DNA from: Erysipelotrichaceae bacterium | GTDB lineage: Bacteria > Bacillota_I > Bacilli_A > Erysipelotrichales > Erysipelotrichaceae | Direction of reading: 5' to 3' | Assembly: GCA_021209625.1 (NCBI GenBank) | Contig: JAJOHZ010000026.1 | Span: 6,951-70,950, forward strand | Length of the DNA stretch: 64,000 bases | In this document: positions 18,921-30,308 of the stretch, in pieces | Position numbering within the stretch: the stretch's first letter is position 1 | Layout of the letters: each line of letters opens with the position of its first letter | Notes under the pieces: model-generated | The model's database searches: none | Seen by the model: the letters and a program-made list of their open reading frames with translations, nothing else | What the model was told of the DNA's origin: nothing | Position numbers and translations under genes: made by a program

Positions 18921-18928
18921 GTTGCCTC

Positions 18929-19285
18929 CTAGAACTCTAGTCCGGCTGCTCTAGCCGCATCGGCGAGTGCTTTCACACGGCCGTGATACAAGTAACCTCC
19001 GCGGTCGAATACGACTGCTGTGATGTTAGCTTTTTTCGCACGATTTGCGATTTCTGTACCAACTGCAATAGCAGCTGCTACGTTTGATCCGTTTTCAAGT
19101 TTAAGGTCAATACTGCTTGCTGATGCTAAGGTTACACCTTTCACATCGTCAATAAGTTGAGCGGTAATGTTTGCGTTGGAGCGGAACACACTTAAACGAG
19201 GGCGTGATGCTGTACCACTAATTTTATTACGGATACGTGCATGGCGTTTTTGACGCACTTTATTACGATCTAATTTGGTTATCAT
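18929..19285 (-). CDS. rplR: 50S ribosomal protein L18
   Basis: Contains ..[24 protein letters not shown].. and ..[21 protein letters not shown].. Confidence 0.97.
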   Translation of the reverse strand: MITKLDRNKVRQKRHARIRNKISGTASRPRLSVFRSNANITAQLIDDVKGVTLASASSIDLKLENGSNVAAAIAVGTEIANRAKKANITAVVFDRGGYLYHGRVKALADAARAAGLEF

Positions 19286-19302
19286 TTAATGGCCTCTCCT
19301 TC

Positions 19303-19851
19303 CTATTTCTTCTTACCAGCCGTCTTACCTTCTTTACGACGGATGACTTCACCTTTGTATTTGATTCCTTTACCTAAGTAAGGTTCAGGTTTACGAATTG
19401 CACGAACGTTTGCAGCAAATTCACCAACACGTTGTTTATCGATGCCTTCAACTTTGATTTCTGTTGGTTTACCAATAGAAACGGTTAGTCCTGGTTCGAT
19501 GGTGAAGATGACTGGGTGAGAATAACCAACGTTTAATGTCAATTTATTCTCAGCCACTGCTGCTTTGTAACCAATACCCACTAATTCAAGTTCGCGTTTG
19601 AAGCCATTAGCTACGCCTTCGATCATGTTAGCAAGTAAGGCACGAGTTGTACCATGAAGTTGTTTTGTGTGCTTTTGGTCGTTTGCACGAGAAACGGTGA
19701 TGATGTTTTCATTGACTTCAAATCCAACAACTTCACTAAATTTACGAGTTAGTGTTCCTTTAGGACCTGTAACTGTAACTTCATTCCCAGACGCGACATT
19801 AAATTCGACGCCAGCAGGAATGGTAATCGCTTTATTACCGATACGTGACAT
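19303..19851 (-). CDS. rplF: 50S ribosomal protein L6
   Basis: Reads MSRIGNKAITIPAGVEF.. from ATG 19851 after an AAGGAGA RBS. The track ORF extends 7 codons further upstream. Confidence 0.96.
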   Translation of the reverse strand: MSRIGNKAITIPAGVEFNVASGNEVTVTGPKGTLTRKFSEVVGFEVNENIITVSRANDQKHTKQLHGTTRALLANMIEGVANGFKRELELVGIGYKAAVAENKLTLNVGYSHPVIFTIEPGLTVSIGKPTEIKVEGIDKQRVGEFAANVRAIRKPEPYLGKGIKYKGEVIRRKEGKTAGKKK

Positions 19852-19865
19852 TGAGTGTCTCCTTC

Positions 19866-20264
19866 TTACCAAACGTAAGCGATGACTTCACCGCCGACAT
19901 TTTTCTTACGAGCATCTCTATCAGTCATAACACCGTGAGATGTGGAGATGATGGCGATGCCAAGTCCATTAAGAACACGAGGCAACTTATCAACTTCTGC
20001 ATAAACACGAAGTCCTGGTTTTGAGATGCGTTTAATTCCTGAAATCACTTTTTGATTGTTAGCACCGTATTTTAAATTAACAGTGATCACTTTCTTTGCA
20101 TCTGAAGATACGGAGTATCCAAGGATAAAGCCCTCTTCTTTAAGAATGCGTACAATTTCTAATTTTTCCTTACTTGCAGGAATTTCTACACTTTCGTGTT
20201 TTGCGCTAACCGCGTTACGAATACGAGTCAGTAAATCTGCAATTGGATCTGTAATACTCATCAT
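19866..20264 (-). CDS. rpsH: 30S ribosomal protein S8
   Basis: Reads [18 protein letters not shown].. Confidence 0.97.
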   Translation of the reverse strand: MMSITDPIADLLTRIRNAVSAKHESVEIPASKEKLEIVRILKEEGFILGYSVSSDAKKVITVNLKYGANNQKVISGIKRISKPGLRVYAEVDKLPRVLNGLGIAIISTSHGVMTDRDARKKNVGGEVIAYVW

Positions 20265-20284
20265 TTAAGTGCTTCTCCTTTCTA

Positions 20285-20470
20285 CTACCAACTTGCTTTC
20301 TTCACTCCAGGAATTTGGCCTTTATAAGCTAATTCTCTGAAGCAAATACGACAAATTTTATACTTTTGCAAGACTGAGTGAGGACGTCCACAACGCTCAC
20401 AACGAGTGTAATTACGAACTGCAAATTTTGCAGGACGTTGTGATTTAAGGATCATTGATTTCTTAGCCAT
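20285..20470 (-). CDS. rpsN: 30S ribosomal protein S14, short zinc-binding type Z (61 aa)
   Basis: Reads [50 protein letters not shown], with the CxxC..CxxC motif present. Confidence 0.96.
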   Translation of the reverse strand: MAKKSMILKSQRPAKFAVRNYTRCERCGRPHSVLQKYKICRICFRELAYKGQIPGVKKASW

Positions 20471-20473
20471 GAA

Positions 20474-21025
20474 TTACACACTCGCTTTCTTAGTGAAAGG
20501 CATGCCTAATGAAGTTAATAATGCACGGCCTTCCTCATCATTTTTCGCTGTGGTAACAATAACAATATCCATACCACGAACTTTATTTACTTTGTCATAA
20601 CTGATTTCAGGGAAAATAAGTTGTTCCTTAACCCCTAAAGTGTAGTTACCACGACCATCGAAAGCTTCAGAACTTACTCCACGGAAGTCACGTACACGTG
20701 GAAGTGATACGTTAACTAGTTTGTCTAAGAATGCGTACATTCTTTCACCACGTAGTGTAACTTTAGCCCCAATTGGCATACCTTCACGAAGTTTGAAGTT
20801 CGCAATGGATTTTTTAGCTTTAGTAATTACAGCTTTTTGACCTGTAATTGCTTGTAATTCAACGACAGCTTCATCAAGAAGTTTAGGGTTTGCTACAGCA
20901 TCGCCTACACCCATATTAACAACGATTTTGTCAATACGAGGTACTTGCATGACTGAAGTGTAATTGAATTGTTTCATAAGTGTGCTAACGACGGTGTTAG
21001 CATAGAGATCTTTCATGCGGTTCAT
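20474..21025 (-). CDS. rplE: 50S ribosomal protein L5
   Basis: Contains ..[19 protein letters not shown].. and ..[12 protein letters not shown].. Confidence 0.97.
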   Translation of the reverse strand: MNRMKDLYANTVVSTLMKQFNYTSVMQVPRIDKIVVNMGVGDAVANPKLLDEAVVELQAITGQKAVITKAKKSIANFKLREGMPIGAKVTLRGERMYAFLDKLVNVSLPRVRDFRGVSSEAFDGRGNYTLGVKEQLIFPEISYDKVNKVRGMDIVIVTTAKNDEEGRALLTSLGMPFTKKASV

Positions 21026-21039
21026 ATCATTAGCCCTCC

Positions 21040-21348
21040 TTATTTGACTACTGCGCCTGTTTTAGTGAAGACGCGCACTTTTTTATCACCCTTCATTTCA
21101 AAACGTACACGGCTAGCTTTCTTTGCTTTCGCATCGTAGAGCATGACGTTTGAAACGTGGATTGGTAATGTTTTTTCAACAATTCCACCTTCAGGATTGG
21201 CTTGGGTTGGTTTTAAATGTTTCTTAGCAACATTAACCCCTTCCACAATAACTTTTGATTCTTTAGGGAAAACTGCTTTGACTTCACCAATGGTGCCTTT
21301 ATTAGCACCGGTGATCACTTTGACTGTATCGCCTTTTTTGATTTTCAT
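21040..21348 (-). CDS. rplX: 50S ribosomal protein L24
   Basis: Reads [23 protein letters not shown].. Confidence 0.97.
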   Translation of the reverse strand: MKIKKGDTVKVITGANKGTIGEVKAVFPKESKVIVEGVNVAKKHLKPTQANPEGGIVEKTLPIHVSNVMLYDAKAKKASRVRFEMKGDKKVRVFTKTGAVVK

Positions 21349-21358
21349 TGCGTTTCTC

Positions 21359-21727
21359 CTATAACACTTCTGGTGCTAAAGACACAATTTTCATAAAGTC
21401 TTTATCACGAAGTTCTCTAGCCACTGGACCGAAGATACGGGTTCCACGAGGCGTTTTGTCATCTTTGATGATAACAACGGCATTGTCATCAAATTTGATA
21501 CGTGCGCCATTAGGACGGTTAATACCATACACAGAGCGAACAATAACAGCTTTAACAACATCACCTTTTTTAACAGTTCCACCTGGAGTTGCAGATTTAA
21601 CTGCACAGACCACGATGTCACCAATATTGGAAGAGCGACGGCGGCTTCCTCCTAGTCCACGAATAACGAGTACTTCTTTAGCACCGGTGTTATCCGCAAC
21701 TTTACATCTAGTTTCGTTTTGAATCAT
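21359..21727 (-). CDS. rplN: 50S ribosomal protein L14
   Basis: Reads [28 protein letters not shown].. Confidence 0.98.
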   Translation of the reverse strand: MIQNETRCKVADNTGAKEVLVIRGLGGSRRRSSNIGDIVVCAVKSATPGGTVKKGDVVKAVIVRSVYGINRPNGARIKFDDNAVVIIKDDKTPRGTRIFGPVARELRDKDFMKIVSLAPEVL

Positions 21728-21739
21728 GATAACCCTCCT

Positions 21740-22000
21740 CTAAAGAACAACAGCTTTTTCAACGATCTTAACTAAACGGAAACGTTTAGTTGCTGATAAA
21801 GGACGTGTTTCCATAATGTCAACAACATCATTTAATGCAGCCTCATTGAGTTCGTCATGAGCTTTGAATTTCTTTGAATACTTAACACGTTTTCCATATA
21901 ATGGATGACGTTTTGAAGTTGTAACTTCAACAACAATGGTTTTGTCCATGGCGTTAGAAACCACTTTACCACGGTAAACTTTACGATTTGAGCGTTCCAT
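21740..22000 (-). CDS. rpsQ: 30S ribosomal protein S17
   Basis: Contains ..[39 protein letters not shown].. Confidence 0.97.
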   Translation of the reverse strand: MERSNRKVYRGKVVSNAMDKTIVVEVTTSKRHPLYGKRVKYSKKFKAHDELNEAALNDVVDIMETRPLSATKRFRLVKIVEKAVVL

Positions 22001-22209
22001 TAACCATTAACCTCCTGTGCTTCCATAGCACGTTCAGTAATGACTGTTTTGATACGTGCAATCGTTTTTCTAACAGTTTTGATACGAGCAGAATTTGTTA
22101 ATTGACCTGTTGCTTGAGCAAATCTAAGGTTAAACAACTCTTCTTTTAGTGTATCAATTTCTTTGAATAATTCAGAATTGCTTTTTTCGCGAATCTCTTT
22201 GATCAACAT
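22000..22209 (-). CDS. rpmC: 50S ribosomal protein L29
   Basis: Contains ..[33 protein letters not shown].. Confidence 0.95.
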   Translation of the reverse strand: MLIKEIREKSNSELFKEIDTLKEELFNLRFAQATGQLTNSARIKTVRKTIARIKTVITERAMEAQEVNG

Positions 22210-22211
22210 GA

Positions 22212-22628
22212 TTACTCCTCCTCGCCTTTACGGACGAAACGAGTTTTTACTGGAAGCTTGTTGGCAGCAAGGCGGAATGCTTCTTTAGCAATCTCTTCGC
22301 TTACACCAGCAATTTCGAACATTACTCGTCCTGGTGAAACGACAGCAACCCAACCTTCAGGTGCCCCTTTACCAGATCCCATACGAACTTCTAATGGTTT
22401 TTTTGTGATAGCTAAGTGAGGGAATATTTTAATCCACACTTTACCACCACGTTTCATAAAACGTGTCATCGCAATACGAGCTGCTTCAATTTGACGGTTT
22501 GTGACATATGCGCCACTTTCCGCAACTAAACCAAACTCACCAAATGCGACAGTACGACCCGCTTTTGCACGTCCTTCGTGAGAAACACGATGTGGACGAC
22601 GGAACTTTGTTCTATTTGGCATTAACAT
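22212..22628 (-). CDS. rplP: 50S ribosomal protein L16
   Basis: Reads [14 protein letters not shown].. Confidence 0.97.
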   Translation of the reverse strand: MLMPNRTKFRRPHRVSHEGRAKAGRTVAFGEFGLVAESGAYVTNRQIEAARIAMTRFMKRGGKVWIKIFPHLAITKKPLEVRMGSGKGAPEGWVAVVSPGRVMFEIAGVSEEIAKEAFRLAANKLPVKTRFVRKGEEE

Positions 22629-22631
22629 AGT

Positions 22632-23417
22632 TTATTCTCCTCCTTCAACAACAGCTTCAGGAGCAGCTTTAACTGACTCGCGTTTTTCTTCGCGCGCCAC
22701 TGGACGTTGGCGATCATTACGACGGTTATCACGACCACGACGATCTCCACGAGGTGCTTCTTTTGGAGCTTCTGGTTCTACAACCATGTGTCCAGGAAGA
22801 ACTTCACCACGACAAATCCAAACTTTAACTCCTAATTTACCATAAGTTGTCATCGCTTCTGCATGTGCATAATCGATGTCAGAACGTAATGTGTGAAGAG
22901 GAACAACTCCTTCGGAGTATCCTTCACTACGAGCAATATCAGCTCCGCCTAAACGTCCAGAAACAATGGTTTTAATTCCTTTTGCTCCAGACTTCATAGC
23001 ATCAATAATCGCACGTTTTTGTACCGTTCTAAATGATTTACGAGCTTCTAACTCACTCGCGATTTTGTGTGCAACAAGGGTAGCATCCAAGTTAGGGTTT
23101 GCTACTTGTAATACTTTAACGTTAACTTTCTTGCCTGTCATCTTAGTTAAAGATTCGATAAGAACTTTAATGTTTGCGCCTTCTTGTCCCATTACTGCTC
23201 CAGGACGACCTGAGCGAATAATAAGATTTAAAGTGTCTTTAGTGCGTTCGATTTCAATACGTGAAACGAAGGCATTGCTTAGTTTTTTCTCCAAGAATTC
23301 ACGGACTTTAATGTCTTCAACAAGTAAAGTTCCATATTCTTTTTCTGCGTACCAACGTGATTCCCAATCACGGATGATTCCAACGCGTAATCCTATTGGA
23401 CTGACTTTTTGACCCAT
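22632..23417 (-). CDS. rpsC: 30S ribosomal protein S3 with a ~50-aa charged C-terminal extension
   Basis: Reads [24 protein letters not shown].. The tail reads ..[47 protein letters not shown]. Confidence 0.96.
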   Translation of the reverse strand: MGQKVSPIGLRVGIIRDWESRWYAEKEYGTLLVEDIKVREFLEKKLSNAFVSRIEIERTKDTLNLIIRSGRPGAVMGQEGANIKVLIESLTKMTGKKVNVKVLQVANPNLDATLVAHKIASELEARKSFRTVQKRAIIDAMKSGAKGIKTIVSGRLGGADIARSEGYSEGVVPLHTLRSDIDYAHAEAMTTYGKLGVKVWICRGEVLPGHMVVEPEAPKEAPRGDRRGRDNRRNDRQRPVAREEKRESVKAAPEAVVEGGE

Positions 23418-23429
23418 AATTGTTCCTCC

Positions 23430-23765
23430 TTAGGCACGCTCAGCCACGATTACAGTAATGTGACTGGTGCGTTTGTGAATGGCTGCTGCGCTTCCTTTTG
23501 CACGAGGCATGAAGCGTTTGAGTGTAACACTCTCATCAGCATAACAAGCTTTGATGTAAAGTTTAGATTCATCAAGTTGATTGTTGTGTACTGCGTTTGC
23601 GACAGCTGATTTTAATACTTTAGCTGTAGCTTTTGCGGCGAAGTTTGGGGTAAACTTCAAGATTGCTGTGGCTTCTTTAACATCTTTGCCACGAATTAAA
23701 TCGAGTGCTAAACGCGCTTTACGAGCGGTAACACGAATGGTTTTTGCTGTTGCTTTGACTTCCAT
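23430..23765 (-). CDS. rplV: 50S ribosomal protein L22
   Basis: Reads [29 protein letters not shown].. Confidence 0.97.
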   Translation of the reverse strand: MEVKATAKTIRVTARKARLALDLIRGKDVKEATAILKFTPNFAAKATAKVLKSAVANAVHNNQLDESKLYIKACYADESVTLKRFMPRAKGSAAAIHKRTSHITVIVAERA

Positions 23766-23776
23766 GATACCCTCCT

Positions 23777-24049
23777 TTATTTACCCTTCTTATCGTCGCC
23801 ATGACCACCGTATTTACGTGTTGGTACAAACTCTCCGAGTTTGTGTCCAACCATATCTTCAGTGACATAGACAGGCACGTGTTCTTTTCCATTGTAGACC
23901 GCAAAAGTGTGCTCTACAAACTGTGGGAAAATCGTTGAACGACGAGACCATGTTTTAATTACTTCTTTTTTACTTTTAGCATTCAAGGCTTCCACTTTTT
24001 TAATTAAGTGATCGTCTACGAATGGGCCTTTTTTCAAACTACGACTCAT
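23777..24049 (-). CDS. rpsS: 30S ribosomal protein S19
   Basis: Reads [19 protein letters not shown].. Confidence 0.98.
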   Translation of the reverse strand: MSRSLKKGPFVDDHLIKKVEALNAKSKKEVIKTWSRRSTIFPQFVEHTFAVYNGKEHVPVYVTEDMVGHKLGEFVPTRKYGGHGDDKKGK

Positions 24050-24068
24050 GTTTTATAGTTCCTTTCGC

Positions 24069-24902
24069 TTATTTCGCCTTACGACCACGAACGATATACT
24101 TGTTCGAAGCGTTTTTCTTCTTGCGAGTCTTCAATCCTAATGCTTTCTTACCCCAAGGTGTTAATGGAGCAACGCGTCCAATTGGAGAACGTCCTTCACC
24201 ACCACCATGTGGGTGATCCACTGGGTTCATGGCAGATCCACGAACGGTAGGACGGATACCCATCCAACGCGTACGACCTGCTTTACCAATGTTAACTAAG
24301 TTATGATCTTCGTTACCGACAGTACCAACAGTAGCACGGCATTGTTTTAAAATCTTACGAACTTCCCCTGATCCAAGACGTACAATAACGTAGCGGTCTT
24401 CAGATCCAAGAATTTGTGCAGAGACACCAGCAGAACGTGCTAATTGTCCACCTTTACCAGGCTTAAGTTCAACGTTGTGAACAACAGTTCCTTCAGGCAT
24501 TTTACCAAGTTCTAAAGTATGTCCTACTTTAATGTCAGCTCCTTCACCACTTAAGATGACAGTTCCAACTTTTAGCCCTTTAGGAGCTAAGATATAACGT
24601 TTTTCACCATCGGCATAGGAAACTAGCGCGATGTTTGCAGATCTGTTTGGATCGTACTCAATGGTTTTCACTGTTGCTGGAATACCATCTTTGTTACGTT
24701 TAAAGTCGATGACGCGGTACATTCTTTTATGTCCACCACCTTGATGACGGGTAGTGATGCGTCCTAAATTGTTACGTCCACCTTTTGATTTTAAAGGTTC
24801 AAGAAGTGAGCGTTCTGGTCTAGATGTTGTAATTTCAACATTAGCCACGGTTGTCATGCCACGACGACCTGGGGTCGTTGGCTTGTAGGCTTTAATCGCC
24901 AT
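24069..24902 (-). CDS. rplB: 50S ribosomal protein L2
   Basis: Reads [17 protein letters not shown].. and contains ..[16 protein letters not shown].. Confidence 0.98.
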   Translation of the reverse strand: MAIKAYKPTTPGRRGMTTVANVEITTSRPERSLLEPLKSKGGRNNLGRITTRHQGGGHKRMYRVIDFKRNKDGIPATVKTIEYDPNRSANIALVSYADGEKRYILAPKGLKVGTVILSGEGADIKVGHTLELGKMPEGTVVHNVELKPGKGGQLARSAGVSAQILGSEDRYVIVRLGSGEVRKILKQCRATVGTVGNEDHNLVNIGKAGRTRWMGIRPTVRGSAMNPVDHPHGGGEGRSPIGRVAPLTPWGKKALGLKTRKKKNASNKYIVRGRKAK

Positions 24903-24965
24903 ACGTGAATTTCCTCCTATCGCATCTTTTCCGGAAATAGCGTGTTCTTCCGATATGTTGTCTGA

Positions 24966-25253
24966 TTAGAATAAGTTAATGGTTTGACCTTCAGCAAGTT
25001 TAACGATGGCTTTACGCACAGCATTAGTGTTGCCTGAATATTTTCCAACACGTTTGAGACGTGGGCGTACATTCACGATGTTAACTTTTTCTACTTTCAC
25101 ATTGAAGATAGCTTCGACAGCTTGTCTTACTTGTGTTTTGTTTGCACCTTTCGCTACTGAGAAAGTGTATTTGTTATCGACCTCTTGAGCCTTCACTGAT
25201 TTTTCAGTGATGATTGGGCGTAAGATAATGTCTCTAGGGTTTAGTGCACTCAT
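24966..25253 (-). CDS. rplW: 50S ribosomal protein L23
   Basis: Contains ..[12 protein letters not shown].. and ..[19 protein letters not shown].. Confidence 0.96.
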   Translation of the reverse strand: MSALNPRDIILRPIITEKSVKAQEVDNKYTFSVAKGANKTQVRQAVEAIFNVKVEKVNIVNVRPRLKRVGKYSGNTNAVRKAIVKLAEGQTINLF

Positions 25254-25906
25254 TATGCAACCTCCTCGACTTCTTTCTTATTGAAGTATACGCCAGCTTC
25301 TTCAGCAGCGACTTCAGTGAAAACAAGGGTGTCTGCGTTTAGAATGTCATACACGTTAAGACCTTCGACAGAAAGTAACATTACATTAGGAATGTTACGT
25401 AATGCTAAGAAAGCATTATCGATCTCTTCATGACCACTAACGACAAACAATGTTTTGCTTTCAAGTTTTAAGTTATCCATGACTTTGACAAACTCTTTAG
25501 TCTTTGGAACACTTAATGTTAAGTTTTCAACAACCATTAAGCTGTTGTCTAACACTTTTGAACTCAATGCTGAGCGAAGTGCTAAGTTTCTAACTTTTTT
25601 GTTTAATTTTCCACCGTATGAGCGAGGAGTTGGTCCGAAGACAATTCCACCACCACGCCATTGTGGAGAACGGATGGATCCTTGACGAGCACGTCCAGTT
25701 CCTTTTTGCTTCCAAGGCTTACGTCCACCACCAGCAACTTCACGGCGGTTCTTAGTGTCATGAGTTCCTTGGCGTGCACTGTTGCGTTGTTGAACGACTG
25801 CATCAAATAGCACTTGTTGATTTGGAGCGATTCCAAACACTTCGCTATTGAGTGAAATTTCTTTAACGCTTACACCTTCTAAATTGTGTACTTGTACTTT
25901 CACCAT
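25253..25906 (-). CDS. rplD: 50S ribosomal protein L4
   Basis: Contains ..[41 protein letters not shown].. Confidence 0.97.
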   Translation of the reverse strand: MVKVQVHNLEGVSVKEISLNSEVFGIAPNQQVLFDAVVQQRNSARQGTHDTKNRREVAGGGRKPWKQKGTGRARQGSIRSPQWRGGGIVFGPTPRSYGGKLNKKVRNLALRSALSSKVLDNSLMVVENLTLSVPKTKEFVKVMDNLKLESKTLFVVSGHEEIDNAFLALRNIPNVMLLSVEGLNVYDILNADTLVFTEVAAEEAGVYFNKKEVEEVA

Positions 25907-25908
25907 GA

Positions 25909-26595
25909 TTATTCTCCTTGCCCTGCACCACGATTAACTAACGTTTTAGGTGTCGTTTGTTTTACACGCTTCGTGGTCGTTTTGACGATAACATACCCTT
26001 TCTTAGGTCCAGGTACGTTTCCTTTTAATAGTAAGTAGTTATTTTCAGCATCAACTTTGATCACTTCAAGGTTACGGTTTGTTGTGGTATATCCACCTTC
26101 TTGACCCGCCATGATGCGACCTTTATTGATAATTCCGTTGTTACGACCGATGGTAGCTAATGAACCAATACCACGGTGGTGACCAGAACCATGAGATGCA
26201 GGACCCATGCGTTGATTGTTACGAACAATCGCCCCAGTGAAACCTTTACCTTTTGATGTTCCTTGAACATCAACCATGTCTCCAGCAGCAAATAAATCTG
26301 CTTTAACTTCAGAACCAACTTCTAAACCTAATAATTCATTTCCCGCGATTTCACGAACGAACTTCTTGGGAGCGGACCCTGCTTTCTTCGCATGGCCGAT
26401 GGCTGGTTTAGTTGCTCTTTGCAACTTAACATCTTCAATCCCTAATTGCACAGCTTCATATCCATCGTTTTCTAATGTTTTCTTTTGTAAGACAACGTTA
26501 GGAACAACTTCCACAACTGTGACAGGAATCAGTGTCCCATCCTCAGCGAATACTTGGGTCATACCGACTTTACGTCCTAATAAACCTTTCATCAT
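25909..26595 (-). CDS. rplC: 50S ribosomal protein L3
   Basis: Reads [16 protein letters not shown].. Confidence 0.97.
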   Translation of the reverse strand: MMKGLLGRKVGMTQVFAEDGTLIPVTVVEVVPNVVLQKKTLENDGYEAVQLGIEDVKLQRATKPAIGHAKKAGSAPKKFVREIAGNELLGLEVGSEVKADLFAAGDMVDVQGTSKGKGFTGAIVRNNQRMGPASHGSGHHRGIGSLATIGRNNGIINKGRIMAGQEGGYTTTNRNLEVIKVDAENNYLLLKGNVPGPKKGYVIVKTTTKRVKQTTPKTLVNRGAGQGE

Positions 26596-26604
26596 TACCT
26601 CCGA

Positions 26605-26916
26605 TTACAGTTTGATTTCAATGTCAACACCAGTTGGAAGTTCCAAACGGGTTAACGCGTCCATAGTTTCTGCACTTGGACCAACCAATTCAATTAAGCG
26701 CTTGTGAGTACGAATTTCGAATTGCTCACGGGAATCTTTATACTTATGCACAGCACGTAAAACGGTGACGATTTCTCGTTCTGTAGGTAGTGCTACCGGT
26801 CCTACAACTTTTTTCACACCGTGATTTTTCACAGTGCTTACAATCTTCTCAACCGCTGCATCAAGTGTTCTTGATTCAAAAGCTTTTAAGCGGATGCGAA
26901 TTTTATTCTTTGCCAT
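26605..26916 (-). CDS. rpsJ: 30S ribosomal protein S10
   Basis: Reads [19 protein letters not shown].. and contains ..[25 protein letters not shown].. Confidence 0.97.
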   Translation of the reverse strand: MAKNKIRIRLKAFESRTLDAAVEKIVSTVKNHGVKKVVGPVALPTEREIVTVLRAVHKYKDSREQFEIRTHKRLIELVGPSAETMDALTRLELPTGVDIEIKL

Positions 26917-27049
26917 GGAGTTCCTCCTATCTTTCTGTGTCTAGATCCATGTTAGACCTGCTCAATGCGAATTACCTGGGCTTCTCACTGTCCATGACAA
27001 CGGATTTCAGTGTGCCAGCAACCTCGCACGTCCACGCAGTCGCTCCAAT

Positions 27050-27078
27050 AGTATAAAGGAAGAGCCTCACTAAATCAA
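27050..27078 (-). promoter_or_regulatory. Candidate sigma-A promoter of the S10 operon
   Basis: Minus strand: TTGATT (27073-27078), a 17-nt spacer, then TATACT (27050-27055). This leaves a ~130-nt leader before rpsJ. Confidence 0.45.
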
Positions 27079-27113
27079 GCCTTTTTTTAATTATTTTAAA
27101 TCTTTTTAAGCAC

Positions 27114-27138
27114 TTAAAAAGGCACATTTCTGCGCCTT
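27114..27138 (-). terminator. Rho-independent terminator after the amylosucrase-like pseudogene
   Basis: The minus strand reads AAGGCGCA-GAAA-TGTGCCTT followed by TTTT, 5 nt after the ancestral TAA at 27143-27145. Confidence 0.6.
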
Positions 27139-27142
27139 AAGC

Positions 27143-28971
27143 TTAGGCTTCGATTGACTCTGCCCAAATCACTTCATACGGCGATAAGTCAAAGGTCTCA
27201 TGGTCCATATTGAGGATCCGTCCTTGCAAATGACACTCATATTGCTGTCCAGTAGCAAACTATCTAACGTGCGAAACATGTACTTTTTGCGGATACTCAG
27301 AAAAGTTAAATAAAGCCAAGAATGTCTTCCCTTTGAGTTCTCGAACAAGGACATACACATGTGGATTGAACACATCGAGTGCGAATTGATTCACTTGAGC
27401 ATGCAAGAAACGAATCTTCTTACGAAGAGAAATCATACGCTGTAGTTCCTTGTAGACTTTACTTTGAACGCTGTTCGCTAACTAAACGTCGCTCTCGCCT
27501 TCTTCCAATCATGATTGGTCGATGCACCCATCTTCCTTCATTCATCTTACTTGGATCATCTAGATACGATTGATCATTAAGTTGAGCTAACTCGTCACCT
27601 GAGTATATAAGCGGAATCCCACGAAAGGAGGGTATCAGCGCATGAGCTAGATTGATTCGTCGAATCGCTTCCTCAATCTTATAGGTTTCTTTTTCTCCAA
27701 AGCACTCTCTAATCCTAATAGTGAAGCCAATGTTCCATTGGTGCTTGCATCGAGGGTTTTAGGATTAAATTGGTAATCCTCTCCTTTCGCAAAAGATCCT
27801 GGAAAACGTTGTCCATAGAATCGAATAAGAAATTGCTTATGTTGAAATGGATCGAAACCCATAGCTGCAACTGCTTTCTCATTAAATCCCCATCCAATAT
27901 CATCATGACAACGCACATAGTTCATCCACGAACCACGACTTGGAATTTGGAATCGATTGGTATCAAGCGTGATTAGACGTGTATCCCGTGTCGCAAAGGT
28001 ATGATAAATATCTACCATAAGATTTGCATTGTACATGATTTCACACTCACTTTTACGCTCACTTCCAAAATACTTTACAATTTGCTCAGGTTCCACAATA
28101 GCTTCACCTAGAAGTGAAAGCGAAGGTGCAACCTCTTGTTTTATTAGAAAATCATTCTAAGCAGATCTTGAATCGGATCTAGGTTACGACATGAAGTATT
28201 CAGTTCTTTCCACATGAATGGAATAGCATCTAATCGTATCATGTTCACTCCAAGATTCGCTAAATATAATAATACATCCACCACTTCATGAAACACAACA
28301 GGGTTGGTAAAGTTAAGATCCCATTGAAAGGATGAAAATGAAGTGAAAACATATTTTTGAATGGACTCTACATAAGTGAAATTACCAGGACATTTATCTG
28401 GAAGAACTTCAGGCACCGTTTCATCAAACTGATCAGGAATGGTTCGATCATCATACATGAAGAAAAGCGCTTGTGCATCTTGATCACCACTTAAGGCTTG
28501 TTGAGCCCATGTGTGTTCAATGGCCACATGATTCAACACATAATCAATGCATACTTTAATATCTGCTTTAGCAAATGCTTTAAGCAAAGCACTGAACTCT
28601 TCAAGTGTCCCTATACGAGGATCCACATTGCGATAATCTTCTACCGCATACCCCCCATCATTTTCACCTTCACGTGGTTTAAGTAGTGGCATAAGATGAA
28701 CGTAGGTAATGCCTAATTCTTATAGATAAGGAATCTTCTTACTTAATTTCTTGAAATTTCCCGCAAACAAATCCGTATATAAGGTCATTCCTACCATCAT
28801 ATTGGAAAAATACCAATCTGCTTCTGATTTATCTAACAGTTTAAGTGTTCTTGACCGCTCTTTCTTATGGTGTTCAATCATGGATAATAATGATTCGAAA
28901 TGATCCTCAACATGATGATTGTGTTGAAAAAGAGACAAGTATATTCGTTTTAATTCACTCATTGTTTTCAT
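27143..28971 (-). pseudogene. Decayed GH13 amylosucrase-like alpha-glucan sucrase/alpha-amylase-family gene
   Basis: Fragments 28720..28971, 28144..28692, 27647..28096 and further pieces down to 27143 are colinear with amylosucrase-type GH13 proteins (..[46 protein letters not shown].., ..FNSFQWDLNFTNP.., ..IRLDAIPFMWKE.., ..YVRCHDDIGW.., ..[10 protein letters not shown].., ..LSPYEVIWAE). They are interrupted by an in-frame TAA (28720-28722), an in-frame TAG (27260-27262) and at least four frame changes. Confidence 0.8.
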
Positions 28972-29014
28972 AATCAACCTTCCTTGCCAATTCAACATAT
29001 CATAAAGAAAGCAT

Positions 29015-29045
29015 AAAAAAACAAGCATTCACTGAATGCTTGTTT
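29015..29045 (-). terminator. Rho-independent terminator after tuf
   Basis: The minus strand reads AAACAAGCATTC-AGT-GAATGCTTGTTT followed by a T-run. Confidence 0.75.
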
Positions 29046-29051
29046 GATTAA

Positions 29052-30236
29052 TTACTTAATGATTTCTACTACGTTACCAGCGCCTACAGTACGTCCACCT
29101 TCACGAATGGAGAATTTAGTACCTTGCTCAACAGCGATAGGAGCGATAAGTTTAACCTTCATAACAACGTTATCCCCTGGCATAACCATTTCAACACCTT
29201 CAGGAAGAGTGATGACTCCAGTGACGTCAGTTGTACGGAAATAGAATTGTGGGCGGTAGTTAGCTACGAATGGAGTATGACGTCCACCTTCTTCTTTTGA
29301 AAGAACGTATACGTTAGCTGTGAATTCTGTATGAGGTTTAACAGATCCAGGTTTAGCAAGAACTTGTCCACGCTCAACTTCATCACGGTTTACACCACGA
29401 AGTAATGCACCAATATTGTCACCAGCACGAGCTGAATCTAATAATTTACGGAACATTTCAATACCAGTTACAACTGTTTTACGAGTGTCACGGATACCAA
29501 CGATTTCAACTTCTTCTGAAAGTTTAACTTCACCACGCTCAACACGTCCAGTAGCAACCGTTCCACGACCAGTGATGGTGAAGACGTCTTCTACTGACAT
29601 TAAGAAAGGCTTGTCAACTTCACGAGTTGGAGTTGGGATGTAAGTGTCAACAGCATCCATAAGTTCACCAAGTTTAGCTTCCCAAACTGGATCGCCTTCT
29701 CCACCTTTAAGAGCAGAGCCACGGATAACTGGAGCGTTATCGCCATCAAATCCATACTCAGTAAGAAGTTCACGAACTTCCATTTCAACTAGGTCGATAA
29801 GTTCTTCATCATCAACCATGTCGCATTTATTTAAGAATACAACCATGTAAGGAATACCAACTTGGCGTCCTAAAAGGATGTGTTCACGAGTTTGTGGCAT
29901 AGGTCCATCAGTAGCAGCAACTACAAGAATTGCTCCATCCATTTGAGCCGCACCAGTAATCATGTTTTTAACGTAGTCAGCGTGACCTGGGCAGTCAACG
30001 TGAGCATAGTGACGAGTTGCAGTCTTGTACTCAACGTGTGCTGTGTTGATGGTGATTCCACGAGCTTTTTCTTCTGGAGCTCCATCGATTTCATCATACG
30101 CTTTTTTCTTCGCACCACCAGATTTAGCTAAGTATGAAGTAATTGCTGCTGTAAGTGTTGTTTTACCGTGGTCAACGTGACCAATGGTACCGATATTGAC
30201 GTGCTCTAACGACCGGTCAAATTTTTCTTTTGCCAT
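29052..30236 (-). CDS. tuf: Elongation factor Tu
   Basis: Reads [33 protein letters not shown].. The ORF is full length and intact. Confidence 0.99.
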   Translation of the reverse strand: MAKEKFDRSLEHVNIGTIGHVDHGKTTLTAAITSYLAKSGGAKKKAYDEIDGAPEEKARGITINTAHVEYKTATRHYAHVDCPGHADYVKNMITGAAQMDGAILVVAATDGPMPQTREHILLGRQVGIPYMVVFLNKCDMVDDEELIDLVEMEVRELLTEYGFDGDNAPVIRGSALKGGEGDPVWEAKLGELMDAVDTYIPTPTREVDKPFLMSVEDVFTITGRGTVATGRVERGEVKLSEEVEIVGIRDTRKTVVTGIEMFRKLLDSARAGDNIGALLRGVNRDEVERGQVLAKPGSVKPHTEFTANVYVLSKEEGGRHTPFVANYRPQFYFRTTDVTGVITLPEGVEMVMPGDNVVMKVKLIAPIAVEQGTKFSIREGGRTVGAGNVVEIIK

Positions 30237-30308
30237 TGCAAAATTCCTCCTGTTTCATTTTTGTTAATGCATAACCATTTTATAAGATATTCACTACTTT
30301 TTCAATCT

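Noticed and set aside
18487-26707. Several 70-155-aa plus-strand ORFs inside rpsE, rplF, rpsH, rplX/rplN, rpsC, rplV, rplD and rplC (for example 18487..18954, 21348..21722, 22966..23412, 26276..26707)
   Set aside because: All lie fully antisense to strongly conserved ribosomal protein genes. They lack SD sequences and have Ser/Thr/Pro/Leu-rich low-complexity translations. They are typical stop-poor antisense frames of highly expressed genes.
28720-28722. The in-frame TAA at a Gln position as evidence for stop-codon reassignment (TAA = Gln)
   Set aside because: TAA terminates most ribosomal protein genes in this same window at their conserved ends. The affected gene also carries several frameshifts and a TAG, which is consistent with ordinary pseudogene decay.
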